From Octopus sinensis (taxonomy: Eukaryota), in the NCBI RefSeq assembly GCF_006345805.1, contig NC_043008.1, forward strand, positions 45,508,001 through 45,572,000: a DNA stretch of 64,000 nucleotides, read 5' to 3'. Under the pieces are notes generated by a model. The model was not told the DNA's origin, did no database searches, and saw only the letters and a program-made list of their open reading frames with translations. Below are positions 12,369 through 25,789 of the stretch, in pieces. Both the position numbers and the translations under genes were made by a program. Position 1 is the stretch's first letter; every line of letters starts with the position of its first letter.

Positions 12369-15300
12369 GTTGGGGAGTGCGCTCGTATATAAGGATGCTA
12401 TGTACGAAGGGAAAAAAAAAAGGTATTTAGATTTTAAAGTATTTAGTCATCATAAGAAGTACAGATGTCCCTGCATTTCCGACCTTCATGTGTAAGCAGA
12501 ATGAGATGGATTCTATGATACTTGATTCAGTCGGGTTTAAATGAAGGTTGTACTTCAATAAATAAAACAACTTGTCAATATCCTGAGACAATGTGTACCC
12601 CGATCACATATGAAACTGAATATAGAAGCGAACGGGATGCTTGACAATTCCGGTTTTGTAGTCTTGTTGACGAGTGAATGTATTTTGATTTTAATATACC
12701 AGAGCCTAAAGGGTCGATAAAAATATCTGCAATATGTTCTAGAATATATTAATGAATATTTGTTTCTGCTAGTTGTATTCTTGCTAGTGTTCTGAAATCA
12801 TTTCAATGTATACCGCAGGCCATGTCTCCTACCTAGTTTGTATTATGTCCCTGTGTAGTCTTTCACTGTATCACCTGTGTAACACTACATTTTTAATTTT
12901 GCTCGTTATCTATGGTAGTGAGCAACTACACGGAGTAGTTGCTAATTGCATGTCGTCTTCTTAATTGTAAAAGACTTCATTGTGATACAATGCCTCCGAT
13001 TCTTCTGCTTTCATTGGACGCTTTATTTCGGATTTCAATTTGTTAACTAGTTCCTTTGTCGATGTATCATTTACAACAGTACTTGCCAGGAACTTTTATA
13101 GCTGGATTTCAAACTAGTTTTCGTTCCGTTATATGCTGATTCAATCGCATCGTCTGTATTCAAAGAATACCTTTTGGTGGATGAAATCTTGTAGGCGCTC
13201 TGTCAGGTTGGAGCGTATATTTCTCGTGAACCTTATGAGATCTTTCACTAAGGTTTTCTTGCATGAGCAACACAGGCAAATATCAATGTAACATGCTAGG
13301 GTCAGTCCGAGCCCTCTGACTCAAACTGTATTAAAGGAAAGTGTATGGAGGTTTGTTGGATTGCTTGTAGTTTTTCTTGAAAGGTAGAATTTACATATAT
13401 ATATATATCATTCAGTGGAATAACTATTATATTCCGTCCAACGGGAGTGTGGCTTTAAGTTTCAAATTTGAAAATAAAAATGTAATACAGTGATTTTGGA
13501 TTTGTTAAAGATTTAGCAAGATAGCCATATGGTAGAAATAACATCTACCATTTCTTCACATCAAGTAACACTGACATCAAGTGAAAATAATGGCTAACAA
13601 CTCTCATCGTACAAGATGTGACGGATGTATAACAAGGACTAAATTTCTCAGAAATACTGCCTTATAAGACCACCCTTTCAATACTACCTAGATGGATTTT
13701 ATAATAAAGTACCAAATGTTTCTAACAAAGTTAGATTTCAAAATACATTCTATATTTCTTGGTTCCCAGTAAACTTCCACTCAACTTATAGTTTTCAAGA
13801 CAACCATGGAATTTTCGCGTATGTTGCTAGTAATTTACAAATAGCAAGTTTATCTCAAAATTTTCCTGTCACGCAAAATTATCCCGTCATGCTTATACGA
13901 ATAGTTATCCACCACGTGATCTGTATATAATCCTAACATAAATAATCTTTTTAATAACACAAATACTCATATACTGTCGTTGATTCATAACTGTAAGTTA
14001 AGTCTGATAGAAAAAAAAATTAGGAAAGAAAGCATCGCAACCATGTTTATCGGGCTTATTTATGAGTAACAAAGGCTATATTAGCTAACATGTCTTGTTA
14101 TTTGTAGGAGATGAGGTACAATTTTTGGCCGGTCATGACCACGTGCTGGATTTCTCATTGATTCAATAAATTGATAAAGTATCAGATATATTAGCTAGTA
14201 GCTATATATAAGCAAGAAGTGCCTGGAAGACAATAAACAGACCCCTTAACGCAGACATAATACAGAATCAACTATAAAGTCATCCGCAACAGCCAAAATA
14301 ATCGAAGCATTTACGGTTGATCGTCTATTGGAATATAGCAGGTACTTACCTTGGGTGAAATACATTCACAAGTGATCTTGATACCATATTATATATATAT
14401 ACTACTCAAATGCGGATGTGGTTTGTTGCCAGTTATTTTTAATCAACTGAAATATGCTGATATAACACTATAAAGATCAATTAAAATGCTGCCCCCTACC
14501 ACATGCAATAAAATATCTTTCCTAACATAGAAGACAACGAAAGTCGGAAGTTCATACATTTGGGGGGGGGGAATTCCCATCAGATTAGCAGTTATTTATT
14601 TTTCTAATCGATTAATAAGCAAGAAGTAAATGAATGTTTATCCTCTATGAAGCTCTAGCGATGTTGTTTTCTTTTTGTGTACAATGTACGTGGAATGTTT
14701 ATTGATTGAAAACTAGCAATGCTACAGTTAGAACTATTGATTCTTCATTTTAGCACCACACACTACATATATATAACACAATTTGCATATTTTATTTTAT
14801 TAAGTCAAGCATCGAACATTTCTTGATGACTGTAACGATATTTAACCTCATGCACTGGCAACACAGGTCTCAATGCTGGCATGGAAGTAATTAATCTAAT
14901 TTATTAATTTTTTTGTCTCGTCAACTCATTACATTTTGCAAAAACTAGTACTGAACAATCTTCTTATTGAAAACAGTATTTAACAAACATTGAGTTGTTC
15001 TCTATATTTCAGTAGTGGGCCTAAATCCGTCACTACCGGTTTTCGCTGTCACTGCCTGCAGAGACAGACCACCATTTTGGGAATGTTTCCCTACTTTCTA
15101 TTACATGTCATGTTAACATCCTCCATACTTATTATTCCCCTCTCAATCAAACATTAAAAATTTTCTCAAGCTTTGAATTCCCGATCGAAATCTTTTTTTT
15201 TTCAACTTTTGTATCAGCAATTAGCAAATTATCTCTACAATGATGCGTTGTAGTTGTTTAGCTCCACGCTACTCTTTCTCGGACAAAATTCTAGTCGAAA

Positions 15301-15584
15301 GAAGTGCATCTCTAACCACAATATCAGATATGACCTTCTTCAAGATGATACGGTGTAACCTGATGATTTGTTTGCTAGTTCTAGCAGGCGAAGGTACCGC
15401 ATAAATGGCTTCTTTGTTCATTATGATATCGTTTCCAGACATGACGAACGAACTGTACCTGCCACCGCATACAAGATTAATACTAATGGTGTTATTGTTT
15501 ACGAGTAAAAACGGGGAAATACTTAGCGTATGTGAACACTTACACTAATAGTGTATACTCAATAGTTGAATAGACTATATTACT

Positions 15585-15790
15585 CATCTTTTACTTGTTT
15601 CAGGCATTAAACTGCAGCCACCCTGGGGTACCGCCTTGAAGAGCTTTTTGTCGAATGAACCGCCTTGTTCTAGTTTAAAGCCTAGTGCTTATCCCAACGG
15701 TCTCCTTTGCTGAAATGCTGAGTTACGGGGACAACACCGGTTCTCAAGCGGTGATGGTGGAGAAACATACGCACAAAAACTCGCGCGTGC
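15585..15790 (-). mobile_element. Degenerate 3' half of the same SINE family
   Basis: Reverse complement contains ggcggtaccccagggtggctgcagtttaatgcctgaaacaagtaaaag. Confidence 0.65.
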
Positions 15791-15839
15791 ACACACATAC
15801 AGATATGATGTGTATATATATATAATATATATATATATA

Positions 15840-16708
15840 TTAAAACATTATTGGTGAATGAAGAAATGGAGCTGAACGCAGATTGAACAGAAATCGTTTT
15901 ATTTCATTCTACACGTGTTTCGAAAGGCGGGGGGTTTCCTTGTCAAGGTAGGCTTAGATGAACACACACACACACACATAAACATAACAAATAATATATA
16001 TAATTTCTTATTTTTTTTCTTTCTGCCACCCAAACGGTTATCACGGCAGTAGCCACTGACAGCCGACCGAGCAAACGCACACACGTACACAAAAAATGTT
16101 TTCTACCCCTACGCCAACACACACAATATATGAAACAGTATACACACACACACGTCTCTAAGTAGATTTTTCTCGCCCCTTATAAAAACATCCAATATTC
16201 TTTAAATAGTCAGAACTTTATTCTCGGTCACAAAGAACGTCTATAACCCTCACCCACATGTTTGACCGATGCCTGAACCTGTTGAATTCTTCAGCCACGT
16301 TTCTCACATACACTGATAAACCGTTTCGCCATGGGCTCTTAGGAGCACAGTTCGATTTGTTTTTTGCTCTGCCTCTGTTCTGTTTTTGTTTTTCACGGAT
16401 TTCTTTTTTCTTCCTGAAGAGAAAGACACAATATGGTCCCATTATTCAATCGGATTTTGGTAATTTGTGCCTTTCGAAACACTTGGTAGAATGAAATAAA
16501 ACGATTTCTGGTTCAATCTGCGTTCAGCTCCTTTCTTCAATTACCAATAATGTTTTAATTTCAATTATCCGCACCACCGCACGGTTGCTACGCCAGATGG
16601 TTTGTACCTCCAACCGTGCTGTTCACTGCTGTGATTTTTGCTACTAAGTATCGGTTAACTTTTGTGATTACTCTACTACAAGATTATTCATTTTCTATTT
16701 CACATAAT
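15840..16708 (+). mobile_element. Penelope-type terminal repeat (pLTR) with a partial inverted copy (15840-15928 vs 16469-16558), flanked by (TA)n
   Basis: An ~89-bp inverted repeat is visible directly. It contains a canonical hammerhead, and a related copy lies at 31920-32810. Confidence 0.7.
16407..16496 (+). ncRNA. Canonical type I hammerhead ribozyme
   Basis: tttcttc-CTGAAGA(16414-16420)-gaaag.cacaa...ttgtg.ctttc-GAAA(16476-16479)-C acttg GTA(16486-16488)-gaatgaaa. All core nucleotides and three stems are present. Confidence 0.8.
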
Positions 16709-16742
16709 ATATATATATATTATATATATATATATATATAAA

Positions 16743-16864
16743 GGGCTTCTTCTAGTTTCCACTCACAGTGTGAAACACTTGCCCAAAGTGCCACGCGGTG
16801 GGACTGAACCTGGAGCCGTGGTGTTTGGAAGCAAACTTATTTCCACACAGCCACGCGTACGCCT
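16743..16864 (-). mobile_element. 5' (tRNA-head) fragment of the 11928-type SINE
   Basis: Reverse complement aggcgtacgcgtggctgtgtgg...ggttcagtcccaccgcgtggcactttgggcaagtg. Confidence 0.75.
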
Positions 16865-17204
16865 ATTAAGCCACGTCTAAAGAATAAAGCGATTTATGTA
16901 GGATAATCTATTTGCTGTCCTGAAAATAGGTCATCAGGACAAAAAAATGCTGCAACATTGAAAAATGAATTGCATGGTACAAATAATACCTATATAGCGA
17001 TTTATTGTTTACCACCATGTCTGTTATGTTCTTGTTAATTTCTGATCAAAGACATTCAAATAATGACTCCATCTCTCCAGTTTCAGACTACCCACAGAAC
17101 GTTATCTAATGATTATTTTGTTTTTAAAACTGATTTGAAAGAAGTTTAGTCGTAATTTCTTGGAATCCACTTAACTCTGTAGAGGTGTTGTGGCAGTCTT
17201 TCAA

Positions 17205-17930
17205 GTTGCTGGCAAAATCGTTAGAACAGCTAACAAATTGGAATGCCGTATTTAGTTACATTCTTTTGTGTTCAGACTTCAAAACCGGCAGTGGTTGATT
17301 TGGTCTTGTATTCTTTCGGGTCAGTAAAGAAAGTACCAGCCATCTATTTTTTCCCCATATAACGACTGTTCCTTTGACCAAAATTTCTGCCGCTCTACCT
17401 AATTGCGACAGTTTTATTTTCATATATTGTCTTCTACCAATTCTTGTTAAGACTGTTGCTGCGCAGAATCATTCGCACGTCGAGCAAAATTCTTAACGGC
17501 GTTTCGTCTGCCGCTACGTTCTGAGTTCAAATTCCGCCAAGGTCGACTTTCCCTTTCATCTTTCGGGGTCGATTAAATAAGTACCAGTTACGCATTGGGG
17601 TCGATGTAATTGACTTAATCACTTCTCCCAAATTTGAGGCCTTGTGCTTCCAGTAGAAATGATTATTATTATTATTATAGGCAGCGACATGGCAGAATAG
17701 TTAGCAAAATGCTTGACGGCATTTCGTCTGCCGCTATGTTCAGAGATCAAATACCACTGAGGTCGACTTTGCCTTTCATCTTTTCGGGGTCTATAAGTTA
17801 GGTACCAGTTATGTATTGGGGTCGATGTAATCAATTTAACCTTTTCCTCCAAATTTCAGGCCTTGTGCCTATAGTAGAAAGGATTATTATTATTATTATT
17901 ATTATTATTCTTCTTATTATTATTATTATT
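17205..17930 (+). mobile_element. Tandem array of ~3 short tRNA-derived SINE units with (ATT)n tails
   Basis: Repeated tggcagaatcgttag...gagttcaaattccgcc.aggtcgactttgcctttcatc.ttcggggtc...taagtaccagtt...ggggtcgatgtaat...ggccttgtgc...gtagaaaggattattatt. Confidence 0.8.
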
Positions 17931-18343
17931 GAGAGAGCATCACATGTCATCAGAATGACACTGGGGTACATATATATCTTTCATGGAACTTTATCAAATA
18001 CAATTGCAAGGAATAATATAGGCTTAAAAGAATAATTAACGCCCAGAGCCTTGGAAATGATCAGTTCAACATCCTAGGTTTCAAACGAGAAAATAGGAGT
18101 GATGTTCTTTAGACTGAAGACGGTGCGCACGCGCCTGTGTGTGTGATTAATTAGCAGACACCCTTTTGGGGCAGGAAATAATTTGGCCTCTACTCCAAAC
18201 AGAGTGGATCACAAAAGACGCAGGGGCGTTTGGACCTATTTAGGTGAGACTAAACTTACTTATTGTCTCACTTGTGTTTTAAATATATTTTTATGGATTT
18301 ACTGCGTTAATTCAATTTATAATCCTTCACACACACACACACA

Positions 18344-18394
<51 letters not shown>

Positions 18395-19214
18395 ACACAC
18401 ACACACACCTTCGTTTCCATTTATCTTGTTTTTATCCTACGCCCGCTTCTTGTAATCTCCTGTAATGCAGTACAGAACGTTGTTCGACTACGAATGTCCC
18501 CTAGTGGCAGTGAAAGAAAGTATAATTATTGCTATTGTCACGAGCAGCAGCGGATGTTTTCCTTCCGTCTTCGGTTTTCTTCTTTCTCATTATCTTTTCT
18601 CAGCACAAATATTCATATACGTTATCACCACAATAAATACCAGAACCATTACCAATACTACCATCACCATGACCACCACCACCACTACCACACCAACACC
18701 ACGAACATCATCAGCATTATCGTCACTATTACCGCTAATACTATCGTCAGTTTATGATGACCTTTGGTGGATTTCTCCTTCAAGATCCATTTCTGATGTG
18801 CATTCAGAAAAAATTGATATAAATAGATACAAGTAGAGCTAAACATGTACTTTCAGTTTTAACTGTTGTCTCTTTGTCGTGGTTAGTCTACACACAAACG
18901 CGAAGCATTTCAATTTATGGCTCGAACTAATATCAGCATTTTCTGGGATATTTCTTCCTTGTCTCTAATTTATAAAACCCGACGAAATTCTAGTTTCTCT
19001 CAATTTTCTGGTTGTTTTCATTTTGTGTCCTTGTATATGTAGTCCGTTTTCAGAAATACAATGTGTCTCAGGATCATATCTGTTTCGACATTCAGGTAGT
19101 GAATTGGGCTTTTCTTACTTAAAAATTGTATATGTACACACACACAGAATTCTATCCACCACCTCTCTCTCTCTCTCTCCCTCACACACAGACATATATG
19201 AGCATACATTCAGG

Positions 19215-19260
<46 letters not shown>

Positions 19261-19271
19261 ATATATATATA

Positions 19272-19660
19272 TCAGCATCATCATCGTTTAACGTCCGCTT
19301 TCCATGCCAACATGGGTTGGACGATTTTGACTGAAGCCTGGCGAACCAGATGGCTGCACCAGGCTCCAGTCTTGATCTGGCAGAGTTTCTACAGCTGGAT
19401 GCCCTTCCTAACGCCAACCATTCCGAGAGTGTAGTGGTTGCTTTTTACGTGCCACCGGCACGGGGGCCAGTTAGGCGGTACTGGCAATGACCTCGCTCGA
19501 ATCTTTTTACACATGTCACCGGCACAGGTGCCAGTAAGGTGACGTTGGTAACGATCACGCTCGAATGGTGCCCTTTGACGTGCCACCGGCACTGAACCTA
19601 GTTGGCTGCTCTGGCAAAAATCATGCTCGGATGGTGCTCTTAGCACCCTATTAGCACGGA
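19272..19660 (-). mobile_element. SINE-like interspersed repeat with (GAT)n tail
   Basis: The - strand reads ...ggttggcgttaggaagggcatccagctgtagaaac...ggacgttaaacgatgatgatg. An internal cgtgccaccggcac motif occurs about 3 times. Confidence 0.55.
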
Positions 19661-19881
19661 GAGAGAGGGGGGGAAGAGAGACAGAAAGAGTGAGAGAGAG
19701 AGAGAGTATTATATCTACCTGGTCAATATTGAAAAACTTTTAGCATGTCAGCACTTTTGTTTCAGTAGCCGTTCAAATCAGAATTTTAGCGGTAAATCAG
19801 CCATAGCACTTATTGTATATCCCCATTGCATTATATCATTTGACGCAATATTATCTGTACTCATACATATGCGCACACGCA

Positions 19882-19928
<47 letters not shown>

Positions 19929-20749
19929 ATAGATATATACGCACACACGTGTACGTACAAATATATACATACAAACATATAGATATATATGTATATAATA
20001 TGATTCTGATATGTACATATGCATCGACACACGTAAATATACATACAAATACATATTTGCATGCATGTACACATACTACACGTACATAAACATGCCGGTG
20101 TTTGCGTGTGTGTGACCGTCTGTGTGTTTGTGCATACACGTGGAATTATAAATACACACATATTCATTTTAGAAAACGTTTTAGTAATGTCTTGATACGT
20201 TGACAAAAATTGAAACTAAAGACAAGAAAAAAAATAAAACATTTTCTTGTATGAAAATTTATCACTTTTGGGAAAACCTAGTGAAAAGTGCGGATTATCA
20301 GAGACTAGATGAGGGAACATTTGTATGCATGCGCTTCTAGCTATTTTTGGATTTTCAAAACACGTGTGCGTATGTGTGTGTGTGTGTGCCTGTATGCACA
20401 CAAGCATATATACGTATATATGCATATACCTATTTATATATATATGTACGCACTAACACATGTATATATACATATATATGTGTGTATATATATATATATA
20501 ATATATATATATAATATATATACACACAAACATACACACATACACGCAAACATTTATATATATACACAAACATACAAACATATATATATATACACACACA
20601 AGCACAAACATGTGTGTGTGTGTGTGTGTGTCTGTGTGTATGTAAGTATAATTGTGTTGCATACAATTTTTAATTTTCGGATTTTTTAAATATGCTAAGC
20701 CACTGGTTTTTATTGATTAATATAAATTTCTAACCTTATTATTTAATTT

Positions 20750-20787
<38 letters not shown>

Positions 20788-21234
20788 ACTAAACCGCAAA
20801 ACAAATGCGAGACATGTGTGACTGTGAAATATGTTTTAATTTCATTATTTCAGAGATAAATTTTGATAAATCTTATAAGGTCAATTTCTTGGATACACTT
20901 TGGCCACAGTCTATGGGTAGTTGTTATGTATTCTGATAGTGGTCAGAGCTAACACATCGAGATTGTAGGGCGTGACAGTTTAATATCATGTATGCCCTCC
21001 CTGGGTGGTCAAAATAGCCACACAACGTCGGCACATGGAGTACATGAGGTGGTTCACAAAAGCCATTGGCCCCTATGTCCACGCATTGAGGAAAGCTGCC
21101 TCGAGTTCCACACGATTTGTCGGCCTTGTGAGCACCTTGTTCAGCCGTCTCTAGATTTCAGTTGAGTTCAATTGGGTTCAAATCCTGACTGAGAGCCGGC
21201 CCTGGCCGTGTGGGTTGGAGCACTGTAAAGGACT

Positions 21235-22925
21235 CATAGTGGACTGGCAATGTACATCCGGGAAGATGTCATACCCGTGGTCTTGCTATCACACTCAAAT
21301 TCAGTCTGTGACACTCCGGTGGTTCACATTAAACAGATGAAAATAGTAAGATGTACCACATATCGCCCACCAGATGTTCCAGATCATGGGGATTCATTTG
21401 ATGACAGCCCCCAACATATGAAAGAAGTATTAACCAAACTGGGTGATAGCCTGCACATAGTTCTTGTAGGAGATTCCAACTTCCCTAATGTCAAATGACA
21501 TGAGGGCCGCCTTCCCTCAGGTTTGTCACTGTACGACCTGATTAAAATGCTCTTTATGGAGCAAATAGTGCTCCACCCAATAAGGCGAAAAATGTCCTGG
21601 ACCTTTGCTTTACAAAAAACACGGTGCTCTTCCATAATGTTCTGGTGACACTGCCTATTTTCTCGGACCATAACAATAGAACTAACAATGTATGGTCCGC
21701 AGAATACTACAGCCATGCAGGCTACTAGTAGTACCCAACTCCTTCACAAAGCTGATTGGAAGGGTATCGAGAAAGAGGTCATGGAACATAACAGGTCTGA
21801 CAGTCTCTCTACAGAAGACATTGACATAAAGCTACAGCACTTTATGACAATCGTGCATGACATCTGCAGTAAGTTTGCTCAGAAGAGAATTCCCAACCAT
21901 CAGAAAGATATAATACCCAGGGATAGGAGGATTCAAATAAGAAGATGGGCAAAAATCTTAAACCGTCTAAATGGGCTACTAAAGGATAACAAACGATCCT
22001 ATCGCAAACAAACATTGCTCCAGATTAAAAATGAACTCAAATACCCCCATTAAAAAGAGAGTGTGGATAAAGAAGCCAGGGCTGTCCCCAATATTAAGAC
22101 AAACCCTAAAACATTTTATAGATATGCAAAAGAATCTGTTTCAGTACGGTACAAAATAGTGCCACTATTCGATGAAAATGGCTCACCGACTGCAGACCCC
22201 AATGATGATCAGTGAAATACTGAATGTGCAATACGACAGTGTTTCCACCACTCCATTGGGACAATTGTACGTAGCTATGACTGATGAGTTCTTTGGCTCC
22301 ACCGAGCTACACAACGAAATGTCAATTATCGTTAACATCAAAATACAGAAAATTGATATGATATCAACCGTTGATGAAATGAGCTCAAGCTCAGTCACAG
22401 GTCCTGATGGATTCCCAGCAATCCTCCTGAAGAAATGCAAAGGGTCTCTAGCAAGACCACTTCAGATTCTCTCCATGATCTTGCTCACAACTGGGAGACT
22501 TCTCAAAAAGTTAAAAGAAAGACATAATATGCCCTATCCGTAAGGGAGGTAGTTGAGCAGATGCTAGAAGTTATAGACCTGTCTCTCTAACCTCCCATGG
22601 CACAAGGTCATGGAACGCATTGTCAGGAAGAAACTAATTGCTTTCCTTGATGATAATTCCTGCTTCCTGACACCCAGAATGGCTTTCACTCAGGCAGAAG
22701 CTGCCTTACACAGTCGTCTGGACGACTGTTCACAACTGTGGTCACCCTACAGTGTCAGATTAATAGCAGAACTTGAGGCGGTTCAGCGATGTTACACAAG
22801 GAAGATTGCTTCAATGGAACAGCTGAGCTACTGGGAGAGGGTGAAAGAGCTAAGACTCCCTGGAGCAAAGAGGGGTGAGGTATGCAGTTATATATGTGTG
22901 GAAGACACTGGAGGAAGCTGGCCAA
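21235..22925 (+). mobile_element. Old, heavily decayed CR1/L2-group LINE (APE + RT remnants with internal deletions)
   Basis: ORF fragments MYIRED..YRPP..VGDSNFPNV, IIPRDRRI, GPDGFPAILLKKCK, MERIVRKKL and DDCSQLWSP, collinear with families A/B. Confidence 0.85.
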
Positions 22926-23019
22926 CTACTAATAAATTGTTGGTTTTACTATACACAGAAGCTGTTCCACAGTAGCCATTGTTAAATACGTCCATTGCTT
23001 CAGCCGAAAAAGAATCGCG

Positions 23020-23180
23020 CACGAACATGGCGGTCCACTCTTTCTTCTGCCGACACGATCTGCGCGGATGGCTGTAAAATTATTCACTCTCACTTCAGCT
23101 TCCAAGTGGAAGTGATTGAGATGGGTTTGTGAGGACGAAAAAAGGGATATCGTGTGGATGGTCATTAACCCAGTCCGCAA
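23020..23180 (-). mobile_element. Short APE endonuclease N-terminal remnant of another LINE
   Basis: SQTHLNHFHLEAEVRVNNFTAIRADRVGRRKSG aligns with TETHLKPDIADAELHIPQCVVLRTDRKERSHGG at 38018-38998. Confidence 0.55.
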
Positions 23181-23754
23181 TAAATTGGGTATTGATGGAA
23201 AGGTTGATGCCTTGTGCATTGACCAAAAATGTTGAGGCGAGTGGTGACTACTTCTGACTCTTTTGGTGATTTGCTTGTTAATGGCAGCAATGGGAGTTTG
23301 TGGAATAAGGTGGTGGTGAGGTGACATTGTGTGTCGGTTAGAAAGTTCTTTTGTAGCTCTTTTGCCAGATTCATTATAGCTAAAAAGGAATTCCGTTTAG
23401 AGAACTAAAAATGTTTGTGGTTGAGGGTTTTGTACTTGTTAGGGGGTCCCGTTTGTATTTTTATTTCTCCGACGAGTCTCGGAAGATGGGTAAAGGGACA
23501 ATTAGGCTGTAGACATAATCTGGGATCTATTCAATTTGACGGCCAGATTTTTTATTTTTTCAACTAAACACTTTGAAACTTCGGATACTGGTGGAATGTG
23601 ACGCATAGAAGAGGATTTACCCTTAACGTTTTTGAGAAAAAATTGTATTCTAGATGTTATTTCGTGTTAAAGTTGTATTTGGTAATTTTAACCTATCAAT
23701 GACGTGTATCAGCTGAAGAAAATTACTGCTACTGTTTGCGAACAACTTACGGGT

Positions 23755-23823
<69 letters not shown>

Positions 23824-24332
23824 AATTAATTAGAGATAAAACCACTATTAGGCAACTCAACAGTGATAGACATAAACCAAAACATAAAAAAAACAAACAA
23901 TAAATATAAATAATATAATATATAATATATATATATAAAATATATAATTTAAAATTTAAATTATTAAAATCTAAAATTTTAAAATTTATATTTATATGTG
24001 TGTGTGTGTGTGTGAGTGTGTGTGTATATATCCATACACACACACACATTAATAATAGGCAGATACATGTGCACGTGCGTATAGAATCACGGGCGATATT
24101 CATACTGTACTCACGAGAAATCATTTCCTTTTCCCACAGGTTATTGCAGGTAGAATGGGGTCAAAATTAATCTTCTGTTGATTTCTTATCGCAGATTTCA
24201 CAAAAATTAGGAAATACAATTTACGGATGTTTGAGTTAAGATGGTTTGTTTCTTCAACTACTTACTAAACAGAGCAATGGAAAACACGTCCAGCATATAT
24301 GTGTGTATGTATATAGATTCATCATACATACA

Positions 24333-24368
<36 letters not shown>

Positions 24369-24607
24369 TATATATTATATATATAATATAATATATATAT
24401 ATATATTATATATATATATATATCTATATATATATATAATTCGTTTTGAATTTGGCTTGCCAGATTTGTTATGTGAGTTCGTGTGTTGAAGCATATTCTT
24501 TTGTGTCTGGGGTGAGTCATTTCCTTTTTGTGCCTTATAGTTTAACACACTCACCGGTAAAAATTCCACTTATTTCTTATTTTTATTTTCCTAAAATTTT
24601 TATTTTC

Positions 24608-24644
24608 CTAAAATTTTCGTTGCGTCTCGCAACCTTTTCAATAG
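24608..24644 (-). ncRNA. Minimal hammerhead-like ribozyme with U3:A8 core, within a non-coding repeat (~24440-24680)
   Basis: The - strand reads cta-TTGAAAA-g-gttgcg aga cgcaac-GAAA-ATTT-tag. Stem II is 6 bp, stem III is palindromic (AATT) and stem I is 3 bp. Confidence 0.6.
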
Positions 24645-24817
24645 TCTTGACTTTGTCCGTTATTTACACTGCGTTCCGTCTTTTTATTTGTGCGCATGTG
24701 TATGGGTCAGAGTGTGTGTGTGTGTGCGTGCTTCTGCATATATGTATGCATGTATGTGTGTATGTATGTATGTATGTATGTATGTATGTATGTATGTATG
24801 TATGCATGCATGTGGGT

Positions 24818-25196
24818 GGAGGCGCAATGGCCCAGTGGTTAGGGCAGCGGACTCGCGGTCATAGGATTGCGGTTTCGATTCCCAGACCGGGCGTTGTGAG
24901 TGTTTATTGAGCGAAAACACCTAAAGCTCCACGAGATCCGGCAGGGGATGGTGGTGATCCCTGCTGTACTCTTTCACCACAACTTTCTCTCACTCTTACT
25001 TCCTGTTTCTGTTGTACCTGTATTTCAAAGGGCCGGCCTTGTCACTCTCAGTGTCACGCTGAATATCCCCGAGAACTACGTTAAGGGTACACGTGTCTGT
25101 GGAGTGCTCAGCCACTTACACGTTAATTTCACGTGCAGGCTGTTCCGTTGATTCGAATCAACCGGAACCCTCGTCGTCGTAATCGACGGAGTGCTT
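24818..25196 (+). mobile_element. tRNA-derived SINE (head resembles tRNA-Arg)
   Basis: ggaggcgcaaTGGCCCAGTGGttagggcagcggactcgcggtc...GGTTTCGATTCCcagacc, followed by a ~300-bp body, between microsatellites. Confidence 0.8.
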
Positions 25197-25789
25197 CCAT
25201 CCATGTATGCATGTGAGTGTATGTATATATGTGTGTATGCATATGTATATATGTGTGTGCATCTGTATGTATGTATTCTGCATATTCATGTGCTTGCATG
25301 TCCGTGTTTGAGAATTTTTTATGTATGTGTGTGTGTATGTGTGTGTGTGTGTGTTTGTATATGTATGCACTTCTGTGTCATTGTGTATGCGTGTGTGTGT
25401 GTGTTTTGCAACTATGTACCCTGTTTGTATGTTTGGATGTGCATCTCCAGATGTGTGGACGAGTGTCTCCATATGTGTCCTTGTGTGGAGTAAAGTGTGT
25501 GTGTGTATATATCGTCATGTGTTTCAGTCTCCATTTGCGTATGTGTGCTTGTCTGTTCATATAACCTATGTACCTAGCCGTCTGGATGTTGATCTGTTTA
25601 TTTTCATATCCATATGCTTACATACAAGTGCATATACACATATATACCCCCTACACACACACATACATCTATCTACATAACAGTCTACTTACTATTCTAC
25701 TCTACCTGTGTAAACTGTGGATATGGGGTATTAATCTCCTATGTGTATTTCCTATTTGGTATTGGGGAGCTTTCATTTATAAGGACGTA

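Noticed and set aside
14341-14385. Strong - strand donor AG|GTAAGT with short upstream frame ITCECISPK
   Set aside because: No acceptor with a polypyrimidine tract and no recognisable homology.
24121-24155. Possible 10-nt micro-exon (ttttcccacag|gttattgcag|gtagaa)
   Set aside because: Weak donor and no supporting gene context; expected by chance.
24818-24895. tRNA genes at SINE heads (also 11928, 53952, 54701)
   Set aside because: A and B boxes are present but there is no proper acceptor stem, and each continues into a SINE body.
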